From contig CAVVHH010000002.1 in assembly GCA_963748005.1 (NCBI GenBank), forward strand, positions 2,085,336 through 2,149,335: DNA of 64,000 nt, given 5' to 3'. Positions 37,709-47,714 of this stretch are shown one piece after another. The DNA is from an uncultured Pseudomonadota bacterium. GTDB taxonomy: Bacteria > Pseudomonadota > Gammaproteobacteria > Steroidobacterales > Steroidobacteraceae. Position 1 is the first letter of the stretch, and each line of letters starts with the position of its first letter. A program made the position numbers and the translations under genes. Under the pieces are notes generated by a model. The model saw nothing but the letters and a program-made list of their open reading frames with translations, was not told where the DNA came from and did not search any database.

Positions 37709-38998
37709 ATGACTGACTTGAATCTGAACAGACCTGAGTTCTCCACGAGCATCCGGCATCTCAAGGTATTCGACAGCGTTGCGCATCTGAACGGCGTCCG
37801 GCGCGCCTCCGATGAATGCCATCTTTCACAGCCTGCAGTCACTCAGGCCATCGCGAAGCTCGAAGAGCAGATGGGCGTGACACTGCTGGAGCGCCGCGCC
37901 AGCGGCACCTATCTCAACGAATTCGGCATCATCTTTCATCGACGCACGCAGCGCCTGTTCGCACAGTTCGAACAGGCACTGGTGGAGCTGGGTGTTCCGA
38001 GCGGGCCTATTCCCATTACTCGCATTGCCGGACGCATTTCCAAATCGCAAGTACGCAGCCTGATCGCCATTGTTGAAAACGGCTCATTTGCACAGGCCGC
38101 GCGTGCGTTGGGGGTGTCGCAAACATCGCTGCAGAGAGCTGCGCGCGACCTGGAGAGAACACTGCGGACACCGCTGTATGCGCAAACCGCCACCGGCATC
38201 ATGGCAACTCCGGCTGCCGCCGAATTTGCCCGCAAAATCAAACTTGCGTTGCGCGAAATCGAGTGGGGCATCAATGAAGTAGAGGCCGCTCGAGGCAATA
38301 TTGGCGGCGAGATCGTGATTGGCGCCTTGCTGCTGGCGGGCAGCGTGGTGCTGGCGTCGGTCATCAACGAATTTGTTTCGAACTATCCAAACGCCAACGT
38401 GCGGATTCTGAATGGCAATGCCGACGACATGCTGCGCTATCTGCGTACCGGCGATGTGGATGTTGTGGTTGGTTTGTTGCGTGACCCCGGTACAGACGAC
38501 CTGGTTCATGAAGCGCTTGCCGAGACGCCCTATGTGGTGGTGGCGCGGCATGGACATCCTCTGATTGAGAAAACCAGAGTGACCCTCGACGACCTCGCCG
38601 AGTATGACTGGATTGTGGGCACCCCCGGCGCCTCGCGACGTATCCGCTTCGACAAACTATTTGCCGGCCGACGCCCACCGCAGGCGCGCATTGCAACCTG
38701 TTCGCTGCCGACCATCCGGTTGTTGATCACCCATAGCGATCGTCTCACGCTGCTGACTTCATATGAATTGATATACGAAGAGGATGCGCTGACCGCAGTG
38801 CCATTCGGGCCGATCGAACCGGTGCCTTCCATTGGGCTGACGACGCGCCAGAACTGGTTGCCCACCCAGCTGCAGAGCAACTTCATCGAACTGATTCAAA
38901 AGCGGATCGTCGGCTCGCTGATGCCGACCAAGGTGCTGGAGCGAAGCACCGAAACCGCCAGCAAGAAAAAGGCTGCAAAATCTGCCGTGACGCGTTAG
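37709..38998 (+). CDS. LysR-family transcriptional regulator
   Basis: The ATG at 37709 gives the HTH IRHLKVFDSVAHLNGVRRASDECHLSQPAVTQAIAKLEEQMGVTLLER. The longest ORF starts at 37502. Confidence 0.8.
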   Translation: MTDLNLNRPEFSTSIRHLKVFDSVAHLNGVRRASDECHLSQPAVTQAIAKLEEQMGVTLLERRASGTYLNEFGIIFHRRTQRLFAQFEQALVELGVPSGPIPITRIAGRISKSQVRSLIAIVENGSFAQAARALGVSQTSLQRAARDLERTLRTPLYAQTATGIMATPAAAEFARKIKLALREIEWGINEVEAARGNIGGEIVIGALLLAGSVVLASVINEFVSNYPNANVRILNGNADDMLRYLRTGDVDVVVGLLRDPGTDDLVHEALAETPYVVVARHGHPLIEKTRVTLDDLAEYDWIVGTPGASRRIRFDKLFAGRRPPQARIATCSLPTIRLLITHSDRLTLLTSYELIYEEDALTAVPFGPIEPVPSIGLTTRQNWLPTQLQSNFIELIQKRIVGSLMPTKVLERSTETASKKKAAKSAVTR

Positions 38999-39008
38999 CC
39001 ATTGAAGT

Positions 39009-39034
39009 GCGCTGGCGAAGCCATTCGCCAGTGC
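39009..39034. terminator. Hairpin between convergent genes (possible factor-independent terminator, no clean U-tract)
   Basis: CTGGCGAA (39012-39019), loop GCCA, TTCGCCAG (39024-39031), extendable by 3 bp including one G-T pair. Confidence 0.3.
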
Positions 39035-39076
39035 CTGCAGCACACGCTTACTTTTTCGTGAGTTTCAGTGCACCAG

Positions 39077-40381
39077 TCACGCGACTTCCTTCACCTTGGG
39101 CGACCATTTGGGTCGCAGCAGGACGATGGTGTTGGTTGCGCCGATCACCAGGAAGGCAAAGATCACCATCATGGGCACGTCGTAACTGCCACTGACATGG
39201 AGCAGCCATCCCGACAGGGCAGCAGACACACCGCCCGCGAGGCTGGTGGCCACCTGCTGTACTCCGGTGGCCATGCCGATCACCTGCTTGGGAATCAAGG
39301 TCAACTTGCACAACGCCAGATTATTCGCGGTGTTCAGCCCCAGCAGCGACAGTGACAGCACGTTCCAGAACAGCGCTTCTTCAAGCGATTTGGCAAACAC
39401 GCCCATCAGCACGGTGGAGCCGCCCACAAAGCCGGCAACCACGAATGCCTTGCGCACAAAGACCGGGTCACGTCCGGTGGCGATGATCCGGTCCGCTGCC
39501 CATCCGGCAAGCATCGCGACGATCGCGATCCCCGCGAAGCTGAAGAAGGTGTAGAGCCCGGAGGATTCGAGGGACAGACCGCGTTGCTCAACCAGGTAGG
39601 CAGGCATCCACGTCATGCAATAGAAAGTGAAGTATCCATAGCAGAAGTTATTGATCATGGCGCCCCAGATAACCGGGCTGGACATGATGCTGCCGAACGT
39701 GACCGAGGAAGCTTTTTTCTTCGATACCGCCAGCTCCGCCTTTGACGGCAAATCGTTGTCGGTCATCGACAACCAGGGTATCAGCCAGAGCAACCCAACC
39801 ATGCCAGTAGCGACGAACATGAACTGCCAGGAATAATTGACGATGAACCACGCGGCGATCGGTGCACCGATGGCGGGACCCAGCTTGCCGCCCATCGAAA
39901 AAATGCCCACCGCCAGCCCCTTGTGGGCTTCGGTGAAGTTGTTGCCGATCCATCGATAACTCGCCGGCATGACGATGGCTTCTGTAGCGCCGACGATCAA
40001 ACGCATGATCAGCAGCGCCGTCAGTGCCGTCATCGCACCTGTTACAGCGGTGGCGAGGCACCACAGAAAGAAGCAGATCGCATAGGGCCACTTCACGCCA
40101 TAACGATCCACGATCCAGCCCATGGGCATCTGCACCAGTCCATAGGACCAGAAGAACGCTGAATTCAGCCAGCCGCGATCGACGCTGGTGAGCGCAAAAT
40201 GGGCGATGAAGTTCTTGTCCGCCAGCGCGGAAGACAGACTGGTACGATCGACAAAAGCAATCATCAGACCAACGGCAAGCAGCCCGAGCACGAACCAGCG
40301 GCTCGCAGGTACCGCTTGAGTCGCGCTCTTGGTCATGGTCAGCTGTTCTTGTTGGGCACTCATCATTTCATCCTGTGGCAA
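39077..40381 (-). CDS. MFS transporter (anion:cation symporter/ACS-like)
   Basis: 434 aa with 12 predicted TM. Has FVDRTSLS and GWIVDRYGVK, typical of ACS-family MFS transporters. Confidence 0.8.
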   Translation of the reverse strand: MPQDEMMSAQQEQLTMTKSATQAVPASRWFVLGLLAVGLMIAFVDRTSLSSALADKNFIAHFALTSVDRGWLNSAFFWSYGLVQMPMGWIVDRYGVKWPYAICFFLWCLATAVTGAMTALTALLIMRLIVGATEAIVMPASYRWIGNNFTEAHKGLAVGIFSMGGKLGPAIGAPIAAWFIVNYSWQFMFVATGMVGLLWLIPWLSMTDNDLPSKAELAVSKKKASSVTFGSIMSSPVIWGAMINNFCYGYFTFYCMTWMPAYLVEQRGLSLESSGLYTFFSFAGIAIVAMLAGWAADRIIATGRDPVFVRKAFVVAGFVGGSTVLMGVFAKSLEEALFWNVLSLSLLGLNTANNLALCKLTLIPKQVIGMATGVQQVATSLAGGVSAALSGWLLHVSGSYDVPMMVIFAFLVIGATNTIVLLRPKWSPKVKEVA

Positions 40382-40405
40382 TTTTCATGCTGCGACTCTG
40401 GCGCA

Positions 40406-41386
40406 TCACGCCGACCAGTACATGAAAGCAAAGCCTTCGCCAGTACCGGCTTCGGTACGATACACCGGTACGTAGTCGACCAGGTTCATTTTGAGCCCGT
40501 TTTGCGATGCTGCCACCATGACCGGCACATACAGCTTCACTTCGGAGGTGCCGGACTGGTACGAGCGATTGTCGATCTTCTCCAGACCATCGAAGTCCCA
40601 GTTCTTGAACAGCTTGAGGAAGGTCGCATCGAGCTCTTCATCACACACGAAGTGCGTCAGGCCACCGGAGGCGATGATCGCCACGGTCTTGTTGCTGTCC
40701 CACGACTCGATTGCCTTCAGCAGCGTCTTGCCGAAATTGATGCTGCGCTTCATCGATGGCTGATTCGGCGGATAGAAGCAGTTCATGATGATGGGCACGT
40801 TCGGCGGTACGTTGTCTTCCATGATCTGGTGATAGATGAAGCCATAGGCATGCGGCACGGCGTAGCTGGGGCCCGGCTTCATCCAGGTGTTCACCGGCCA
40901 CTTGAGCACTTCGGTCATGTCGAAACCTTCTTCCTGGAAGGCATTGATGAGATGCAACGCGAGTTCAGGATGGCCGGGATACGTCACATGGTGATCGGGG
41001 GCATACACCGGACGCTGCGGCGGGCCGTTCTCAATGGTATCGCCCATGAAGATGGCCATCGAGGGCGATACGTCGATGAAGATTTCCTTCTGGTCCTTGC
41101 CGAGGATGATGGCCACATCGGGTTTATGTTCCTTGTAAACGCGGCGCAGTTCATCGAGCGCGGCTCTACAGCGACCCAGGCGGGCCGTACGTTCTTCAAG
41201 GGTGTAGTACTGGGCGAAATTCTGATGGCCACGATGGGCGGCCAGTTCGTCGAATGTCCACATCTTGTTGCGGAACCACAGATCGGTTTTCTTGCGATCT
41301 CGTTCACCGTCCAGCAGCAGATCCTCGGGTGATCTGCCAAGCATGCCGCTGTGAGGCACCGCCATACCAAGTACTATCCGGGCCAT
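40406..41386 (-). CDS. Class III extradiol ring-cleavage dioxygenase, LigB family
   Basis: 326 aa. MARIVLGMAVPHSGML, AIILGKDQKEIF and IIASGGLTHFV fit the LigB/gallate/protocatechuate 4,5-dioxygenase-like pattern. Confidence 0.7.
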   Translation of the reverse strand: MARIVLGMAVPHSGMLGRSPEDLLLDGERDRKKTDLWFRNKMWTFDELAAHRGHQNFAQYYTLEERTARLGRCRAALDELRRVYKEHKPDVAIILGKDQKEIFIDVSPSMAIFMGDTIENGPPQRPVYAPDHHVTYPGHPELALHLINAFQEEGFDMTEVLKWPVNTWMKPGPSYAVPHAYGFIYHQIMEDNVPPNVPIIMNCFYPPNQPSMKRSINFGKTLLKAIESWDSNKTVAIIASGGLTHFVCDEELDATFLKLFKNWDFDGLEKIDNRSYQSGTSEVKLYVPVMVAASQNGLKMNLVDYVPVYRTEAGTGEGFAFMYWSA

Positions 41387-42179
41387 AAAAATCTCCTGGG
41401 AACGTTAATCTGCCCAAGCGCGCCGATTGTGCGGTTGTCGGCGATGAGGCCTGACAAACCCGACTTGCCTGGAGCGTCGCCGGCTGCATCAGGCGGACAG
41501 GGATCCACCCGGCATCCATCCGGCGAAAGTGGCTTCTTGTCATAAATTCACGAAAAGCACACTTTCAATTCAGCCTTGGAATCGTTGCATATTGGCACAA
41601 GGCGGTCCATCAAAAACCGCGTTGATCATCATAAGATTTAGCTTAAGACACTCGTCCCGTCGGTTTTGCGCTTGTCGGCGCCGCAGCAATGCTCCGCCGG
41701 CATTGAGTCGTACCGCGTTCAGTTCGCGGAATTCTTGCCCTGGAAAAACGGTCTGTGGCCGACAATCAGAGCGATTGGGCGGTACCGGGCTATCAGAGTT
41801 GCATCGCCCCTGATAATTTTTCGCAATCAGTCCCCTAAAGTGAGCACTAAGGCCTGTCAGTTCAGTGCACTATGGGAAGTCGAGAGAGTGAGCAGGAGCT
41901 GCGATCAGTCTGTTCGTGTGAAATGGGATCATGCATCCATCCGCCCGGACGATTGCGAAGCCGGCGAGGCTGATGAAACAGCAGATGGCAGCAGTGCATC
42001 GCTACGCCAAGAACTGCAAAGGTTCTCTGCAGCGTGGCAACGCATGGACATAAAATTCGCTCTGTAATCAGTGGTCTCGCAAGTCTGTATGAGTGAAAGT
42101 CATTGTTGGGTGTTGACCATCACCTGTGTTTATTCTTTGACCATTTCTGAAACAAGAGTTTAGTTGGGAAGGACTGCTA

Positions 42180-44069
42180 ATGAATCGGAGAAAATTTCTG
42201 ATTGGGCTGCCTGCGGCGATGATTGCCGCACACTACATGCCCGAGGCGTTGGCGCAGGGCCGGAAAAAGGACGTATTTCTGTTGAACCGGATCGGGCCGA
42301 CTACGTCCACGTTGTACATCGCCAATGCCGACGGCAGCGGCGAACATAAAGTCATCGACAGCGGCATGCTGGACTACAACGCATCGTTTTCTGCTGATGG
42401 CCAGTGGCTGGTGTTTACCTCGGAACGCGATGGTCTGGGTAATGCCAATATCTATCGCGCCCGCGTCGATGGCTCCGCCGTCGAACGCCTGACCGATTCT
42501 CCGGCCCTTGACGATCAGGCGGTGCTATCGCCGGATGGTTCGAAGCTCGCTTTCGTAAGTACACGCGAAGGCTTCCTGGCCAACATCTGGGTGCTGGATC
42601 TCAGTACCCGGCAACTGCGCAACCTGACCGGTCACGAAGGCATCAAGGGCGCCGCCGATCTGCCCAGCGGGTTCTTCCGTCCCGCGTGGTCGCCCGATGG
42701 TCAGTGGCTGGCGTTCTCCTCCGACCGCAACACCGACTGGAAGGGACACCATGGCGGCGCTGGCTGGGAGCACACGCAGGAATTGAGCATCTATGTCATC
42801 CGCGCAGATGGCACGGATTTTCGCAAGGTGGCCTCGCGCTCCGATTACTGCCTGGGTTCGCCGAAGTGGTCGCCGGATGGCAAGCGCATCGTGTTTTATG
42901 AAACCCTGGCTGAGTACACCTACTGGGCGCTGCGCCCCGATCTGCTGCTGCAGACCACTTCGCAGATCGTATCGGTGGACGTGGCTACCGGCGCGCGCAC
43001 CGAACACACCAATGGTCCCGGCATGAAGGTTGCGCCGCAGTATGTATCCGCAGATGAAATCGTGTATCGCCGCAAGGGTGGTCCCGATGACGGCCTGTAC
43101 TCTACAACCGGCAAGCCGGTAGTGAAGATCGGCGGGCTGCGTACACCGACGTGGTCACCGGATGGCAAGCAGGTGATCTACGAAAAATTTACCTTCCGTG
43201 GCTGGAAGCAGAATCAGCCGCTGTACAGCTGGGATCCAGCGTTTGAATACCGCTACACCGATGTGTGGCCGGCGTTCTCCAAGGATGGCTGGATGGTGCT
43301 CACCGAGAAGGGTGACAACTCTTCGGTCGCCATCATGAAACCGGATGGATCCGAACGTAAGCGCATTTTCGAAGTGGCCAATACTGGTCTGAATCAGGGT
43401 CTGGTCAAGCAGGGACTTGCTGGCGCCTTCTATCCAGTCTGGTCACCCGATGGTCAATGGGTGGTGTTCGGTGTGGGCAACTGGTTCGCCACACGTGACA
43501 TCGGCAACGCCACCATCATGCGCGTACGGCGCGATGGCACCGGGCTGGAGGCATTGACCGATGGCACCATCAATGCCGGTTTCCCCAGTTTCTCTGCCGA
43601 TGGCAAGGAAGTGGTGTATCGCATCTGGGGCAAGGACGCGCAAGGCAAGTCCATCTTTGGCTTGCAGATCCTGAACATTGCCACCCGCAAGACGCGCACG
43701 CTGACCACCGAGTACGACAACCTGCCGCTCTGGTCGCCGGATGGCAGCCGCATCATGTTCACGCGGCGCGTCAGGACCGGCACGGTGTGGGGCAACTTCG
43801 ATATCTGCACGATTCGTCCGGACGGTTCGGATTTCCGACGGCTCACCACCTCACTGGCCAGCGATGGTCACGCGGTGTGGACTAATGGCGGCAAGCAGAT
43901 ATTGTGGAACAGCGCCATGCATGGCTATCGTGATGAAGCCGTGTTGTACGACAACACCTTCCAGCCGTACGGACAGGTATTCATCATGAATGCCGACGGC
44001 AGCAACAAACGCCAGATCACGGACAGTCCCTGGGAAGACTCGACGCCGCAGTACGTTCCACCGCGCTGA
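42180..44069 (+). CDS. Tat-exported TolB-like/PD40 beta-propeller repeat protein
   Basis: MNRRKFLIGLPAAM twin-Arg signal with GAAGGA SD. Repeated PD40 motifs (FSADGQWLVFTSERDG, LSPDGSKLAFVS, WSPDGQWLAFSSDR, WSPDGKRIVF, and so on). Confidence 0.8.
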   Translation: MNRRKFLIGLPAAMIAAHYMPEALAQGRKKDVFLLNRIGPTTSTLYIANADGSGEHKVIDSGMLDYNASFSADGQWLVFTSERDGLGNANIYRARVDGSAVERLTDSPALDDQAVLSPDGSKLAFVSTREGFLANIWVLDLSTRQLRNLTGHEGIKGAADLPSGFFRPAWSPDGQWLAFSSDRNTDWKGHHGGAGWEHTQELSIYVIRADGTDFRKVASRSDYCLGSPKWSPDGKRIVFYETLAEYTYWALRPDLLLQTTSQIVSVDVATGARTEHTNGPGMKVAPQYVSADEIVYRRKGGPDDGLYSTTGKPVVKIGGLRTPTWSPDGKQVIYEKFTFRGWKQNQPLYSWDPAFEYRYTDVWPAFSKDGWMVLTEKGDNSSVAIMKPDGSERKRIFEVANTGLNQGLVKQGLAGAFYPVWSPDGQWVVFGVGNWFATRDIGNATIMRVRRDGTGLEALTDGTINAGFPSFSADGKEVVYRIWGKDAQGKSIFGLQILNIATRKTRTLTTEYDNLPLWSPDGSRIMFTRRVRTGTVWGNFDICTIRPDGSDFRRLTTSLASDGHAVWTNGGKQILWNSAMHGYRDEAVLYDNTFQPYGQVFIMNADGSNKRQITDSPWEDSTPQYVPPR

Positions 44070-44246
44070 GGTCTGATCTGCGCTTCCAGCCCAGGGCGCA
44101 CTGTGTTGGGAGCCCTTCGTCAGGCACGTCCCGGTTCATTCAACAATGGCTGGGGCGTTGCCTTTTGATGATGGCATTGGAAGTGAATAAGTCAGTATGC
44201 CGTGGCATCATCGCCAGCAAGACAAATTGAAGATGATGAGGGGCTC

Positions 44247-45281
44247 ATGCATCCGCTGCTTTCGCGCCGTGAACTGTTGTCTGGGATCTCCGGTGCTGCA
44301 CTGCTGAACACACCGTTTGTATCGGCCCGGGCGGCGTCATCGCCGGCCAACATCAAGATTGCAAATGCCGGCGGCAGTTTGAACCTGGCCATGGGCGAAC
44401 TGATGCGTCAGCAGAAGTTTCTCGAATCATTCGATCTTGCGCCCGACATGCTCACTGTTGCCGACGGCACCCGGATTCTGGGTGGCATAGTTGGCGGGTC
44501 CGTTGATGTTTCCATGGCGTCGGGATTCGGACAGGTATTTCCGGCGATCGAGCGTGGTGCCGCCATAAAGATCCTGGCGGGCGGCGCGTTGCTGCCGGCG
44601 CTCGCACTGTTCAGTGCCAAACCCCAGATCAAAACCTTGAAAGATCTTGAAGGCAAAGCGATCGGGACCGGTTCTGTCGGTGCGCTGGTCTATCAACTGA
44701 CTGTGTCATTGCTGCAAAAGTACAAGGTAGACACTTCCACAATCCACTTCGTCAACATTGGGTCGAGCGCCGATATTTTTCGTGCGGTCAAGGCAGGTAC
44801 GGTGGACGGCGGCGCGGTTGATGTTGCCCTGATTGAGAACGCAGCTGAACACAACGTCCATCTGATCGAGCGTGGCAACATGTCTGTCGAGCTCAAGGAA
44901 TACACCTATCAGGGCGCCTGGGCTTCGGATAAAAAAATCGCCACAGGTCGTGATGCGTTGGTGCGCGCTCTTGCGGCCTACGCAAAACTTTATCGCTTTG
45001 TGCAGAATCCACAGGCCAGAGACGCCTTCTTTCGTGCCCACCGCGCGGCTCTCCCGACCGCCCCCGAGAGCGAGCGCCTCGCGCTGTGGAACTATATTCA
45101 AACCTACAAGCCATTTGCCGTGGACCTTGCTTTAAGTCCGGAGCGGCTGCGTTACATGCAGGCATTGAACGTCAGCTTCAAAGTGCAGAAACAGATTCTG
45201 CCGTTCGAACGTGTTGCTGACATGTCTTTGGCGGCGGACGCGCTGAAGCTCCTGGACGGCAAGGCCAGCGGGGGCGGCTGA
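44247..45281 (+). CDS. Tat-exported ABC-type substrate-binding protein (NMT1/THI5-like)
   Basis: MHPLLSRRELLSGISGAAL signal. LKDLEGKAIGTGSVGALVYQL is typical of the NitT/TauT SBP family. Confidence 0.7.
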   Translation: MHPLLSRRELLSGISGAALLNTPFVSARAASSPANIKIANAGGSLNLAMGELMRQQKFLESFDLAPDMLTVADGTRILGGIVGGSVDVSMASGFGQVFPAIERGAAIKILAGGALLPALALFSAKPQIKTLKDLEGKAIGTGSVGALVYQLTVSLLQKYKVDTSTIHFVNIGSSADIFRAVKAGTVDGGAVDVALIENAAEHNVHLIERGNMSVELKEYTYQGAWASDKKIATGRDALVRALAAYAKLYRFVQNPQARDAFFRAHRAALPTAPESERLALWNYIQTYKPFAVDLALSPERLRYMQALNVSFKVQKQILPFERVADMSLAADALKLLDGKASGGG

Positions 45282-45443
45282 TTGATTGCTTTACGGATAT
45301 TCAAGACGCTCGACAGGTCCAGCGGCCGGATCCGGTTATTGAACGCAGTCGAAATGTCCGGTCGCTGTCGAAGCGTCCGCGTAGCCTGATACTTATGGTT
45401 GAGCCACGTTAATAACCACATCGAAAACAGAAGAGATGAACAC

Positions 45444-46757
45444 ATGAACATTCGGCTAAGGAAGTACCTCCTGCTGCTCGCTGTCGTGACCTGCCCGACC
45501 TTGGCAGCCGAAGGTGTGCTCAAGGCGGGTGCGGCGCGTGTAGACATCACGCCGCCAGTTGCGGAGCTGCCTGCACCTTACAAAACGATATACGACAAGA
45601 TTTACGTCCGCGCGCTGGTATTGGATAACGGCGCGACGCGCGCTGCGGTTGTTGTGGCGGATGTGCCCAATATTCAGGCCGGGATCTTCGCTGATCTGTC
45701 GCAGCGCATATCCCAGCAGGCCGGGGTGCCCCTCGAAAACATCCTGCTGGGTACGACCCACACGCATAACTCGATTAGAGTTGACGGCGATGGCATGGGT
45801 CTGTCCATCGCAGGGTCACAAAAATTTGCAGATCGCGTCGTTGCGGCGAGTCTTGACGCCGTGAAAAAAGCGATGTCCAGCTTGCAGCCTGCGCGCGCAG
45901 GCTATGCAGTCGGCAAGGCGCATCTCACTGGCGACCGCAACGAATGGTATCCAGCGCAGCATCGTTACATCGACGGCATCAATCGCAGCGGTCCCGTCGA
46001 TTTTTCCCTTGGGGTATTCAAGTTCGAAACCCTGTCAGGCGAACCTATTGCCTTATTGCTGAACTACGGGATTGAACCGGTGGTGGGCATGCCAGCGGCA
46101 AGCGAAATCAGCGGCGATGTACCCGGTGCTGCGTCGCGTTATATCGAAGAAAGGCTGGCCGACACAGCGGTGGCGATCTTTACCGTTGGCGCGGCGGAGA
46201 GCCCGCTGTACAGGGTATATCCCGAGTCCAAAGCGACCAGCGCAGACGTGGATAGAGTGCACAAGATCATCAACGCCATGGGTACCATTCTGGGTGAAGA
46301 AGCGTTGGCTGTGGCCAGTGAGATACGCAAGCCTGTCTCGAATGTACAAATCGGCGGCGCCAAGCGTGTCCTGCAGTGTCCCGGAAAAGCCACCACACCC
46401 TTCAATCTGCCCAATCAATGTGCTTACACGCCGGATTCCAAATTGCCTGCCTGTGTTTTCAAGGACAAGGATACCGATCCGGTGAAGTTGAGCATGTGGC
46501 TGCTGAAGATCGGTGATGTTGCGCTGGTACAAGCTGATGCGAACGTTGCGTCTCCGGTTGTGGAAAAGCTGCAGCAGGCATCACCGCTTGCCAACACCGT
46601 GTTCGTCGCGCTGACCTTTGGTCCGCTTCGATTCGTGGTTGACGATGCGAGTTATCCGCTCAATACCTATATAGCAACTGCCACCACTGCCAAACAGGGC
46701 TGTGCCGAACAGGGTTTTCTGGATAACGCGTTGCAGATGATGGAGCAGTTGCGCTGA
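45444..46757 (+). CDS. Exported neutral-ceramidase-like hydrolase (paralogue 3 of 3, most divergent)
   Basis: The ATG at 45444 gives the signal MNIRLRKYLLLLAVVTCPTLAA. LKAGAARVDITP and LGTTHTHNS are present. The C-terminal FVVDDASY...KQGCAEQGF parallels the other two copies. Confidence 0.7.
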   Translation: MNIRLRKYLLLLAVVTCPTLAAEGVLKAGAARVDITPPVAELPAPYKTIYDKIYVRALVLDNGATRAAVVVADVPNIQAGIFADLSQRISQQAGVPLENILLGTTHTHNSIRVDGDGMGLSIAGSQKFADRVVAASLDAVKKAMSSLQPARAGYAVGKAHLTGDRNEWYPAQHRYIDGINRSGPVDFSLGVFKFETLSGEPIALLLNYGIEPVVGMPAASEISGDVPGAASRYIEERLADTAVAIFTVGAAESPLYRVYPESKATSADVDRVHKIINAMGTILGEEALAVASEIRKPVSNVQIGGAKRVLQCPGKATTPFNLPNQCAYTPDSKLPACVFKDKDTDPVKLSMWLLKIGDVALVQADANVASPVVEKLQQASPLANTVFVALTFGPLRFVVDDASYPLNTYIATATTAKQGCAEQGFLDNALQMMEQLR

Positions 46758-46804
46758 CGATATCGACAGTCGTCCATGCGACTTGGTTTGCAATGAATAA
46801 AAAT

Positions 46805-46837
46805 GCGCCTGATGCAAAACCATCGGGCGCTGTTTTT
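46805..46837 (+). terminator. Rho-independent terminator
   Basis: GCGCCTGATG (46805-46814), loop CAAAAC, CATCGGGCGC (46821-46830, one G-U pair), then TGTTTTT. Confidence 0.75.
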
Positions 46838-47714
46838 GAACCGGCAGGATCGTTAACTTGCCTTCCGGCATAGATGTGGATTGCCGTTCCTGGTGTTGCA
46901 GTGTCGTGCTCAAGCCATGCATGGAGCTGCGCTGATTCTGTACTCACGAGCGCCTGTTCGGCACCGGCAGGCGCTGCGCCTGCGGCCGATGTACGGCCCT
47001 TGGTATGGCACTTATCAGCAATCCCAGCGCGACGAGCAGCCACTCCGTCGAGAACTAATCTCACCGATGCTGAATCTTATATATCCCAGCGTATATAAGA
47101 ATCCATACGGCCGTCTGCGTTTACCGCGTGACAAGACGTCGTGTGATTTGCGCAAGGTGGGAGCCGGTATCCGGGGAGCGGATACCCGCTAACGTGCTGC
47201 ATGTCCGGGGTTTGAGACGAACAAACGGGGTAGCAGTTGCCGCACGAGAGCATTTTCGCGAGGTACAGGGTGCCCAGGCGTTGGGGCCCGTCGGTCGAAT
47301 TTGATGCGACTGTGGATCTGCGGAGTATGCAGCGATCATCAGCAACTGGGATGGAGCAAATGCCAGGCCACAGATTCGATAAATGGGGACCCATGTATTC
47401 TGTAGACAGATATATGCCTGTCCGTGGAGGGGTGGTTTTTTGCGCTACTTGTGGTCGTTGCCGTACTTGGCTCAGACCAGAGGATGGCCGCAATGAATGA
47501 CCCGGCTGTCTCGTGCACGCCATCACGTTCGGGTGGCGCTATGACCAACTGCACCGGATGGATGATGGGCATATTGACTGGTAGTGAGGCGGAAACGGAT
47601 TCCGGATGCGCCTGCGCGTCGTTCATTCCGATGATGGGCTCAGCGCAGGTTTGACAATTGCCGCGCTCAGGGTCGCGGCGTACGATGATTCTACAACCTC
47701 AAGTCAGGGCCCAA

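Noticed and set aside
41387-42179. 793-nt lower-GC intergenic region with the 133-aa ORF 41666..42067
   Set aside because: The ORF has a TTG start, poor codon bias and no motifs. The region is most simply a divergent promoter/regulatory region between the LigB-like and TolB-like genes.
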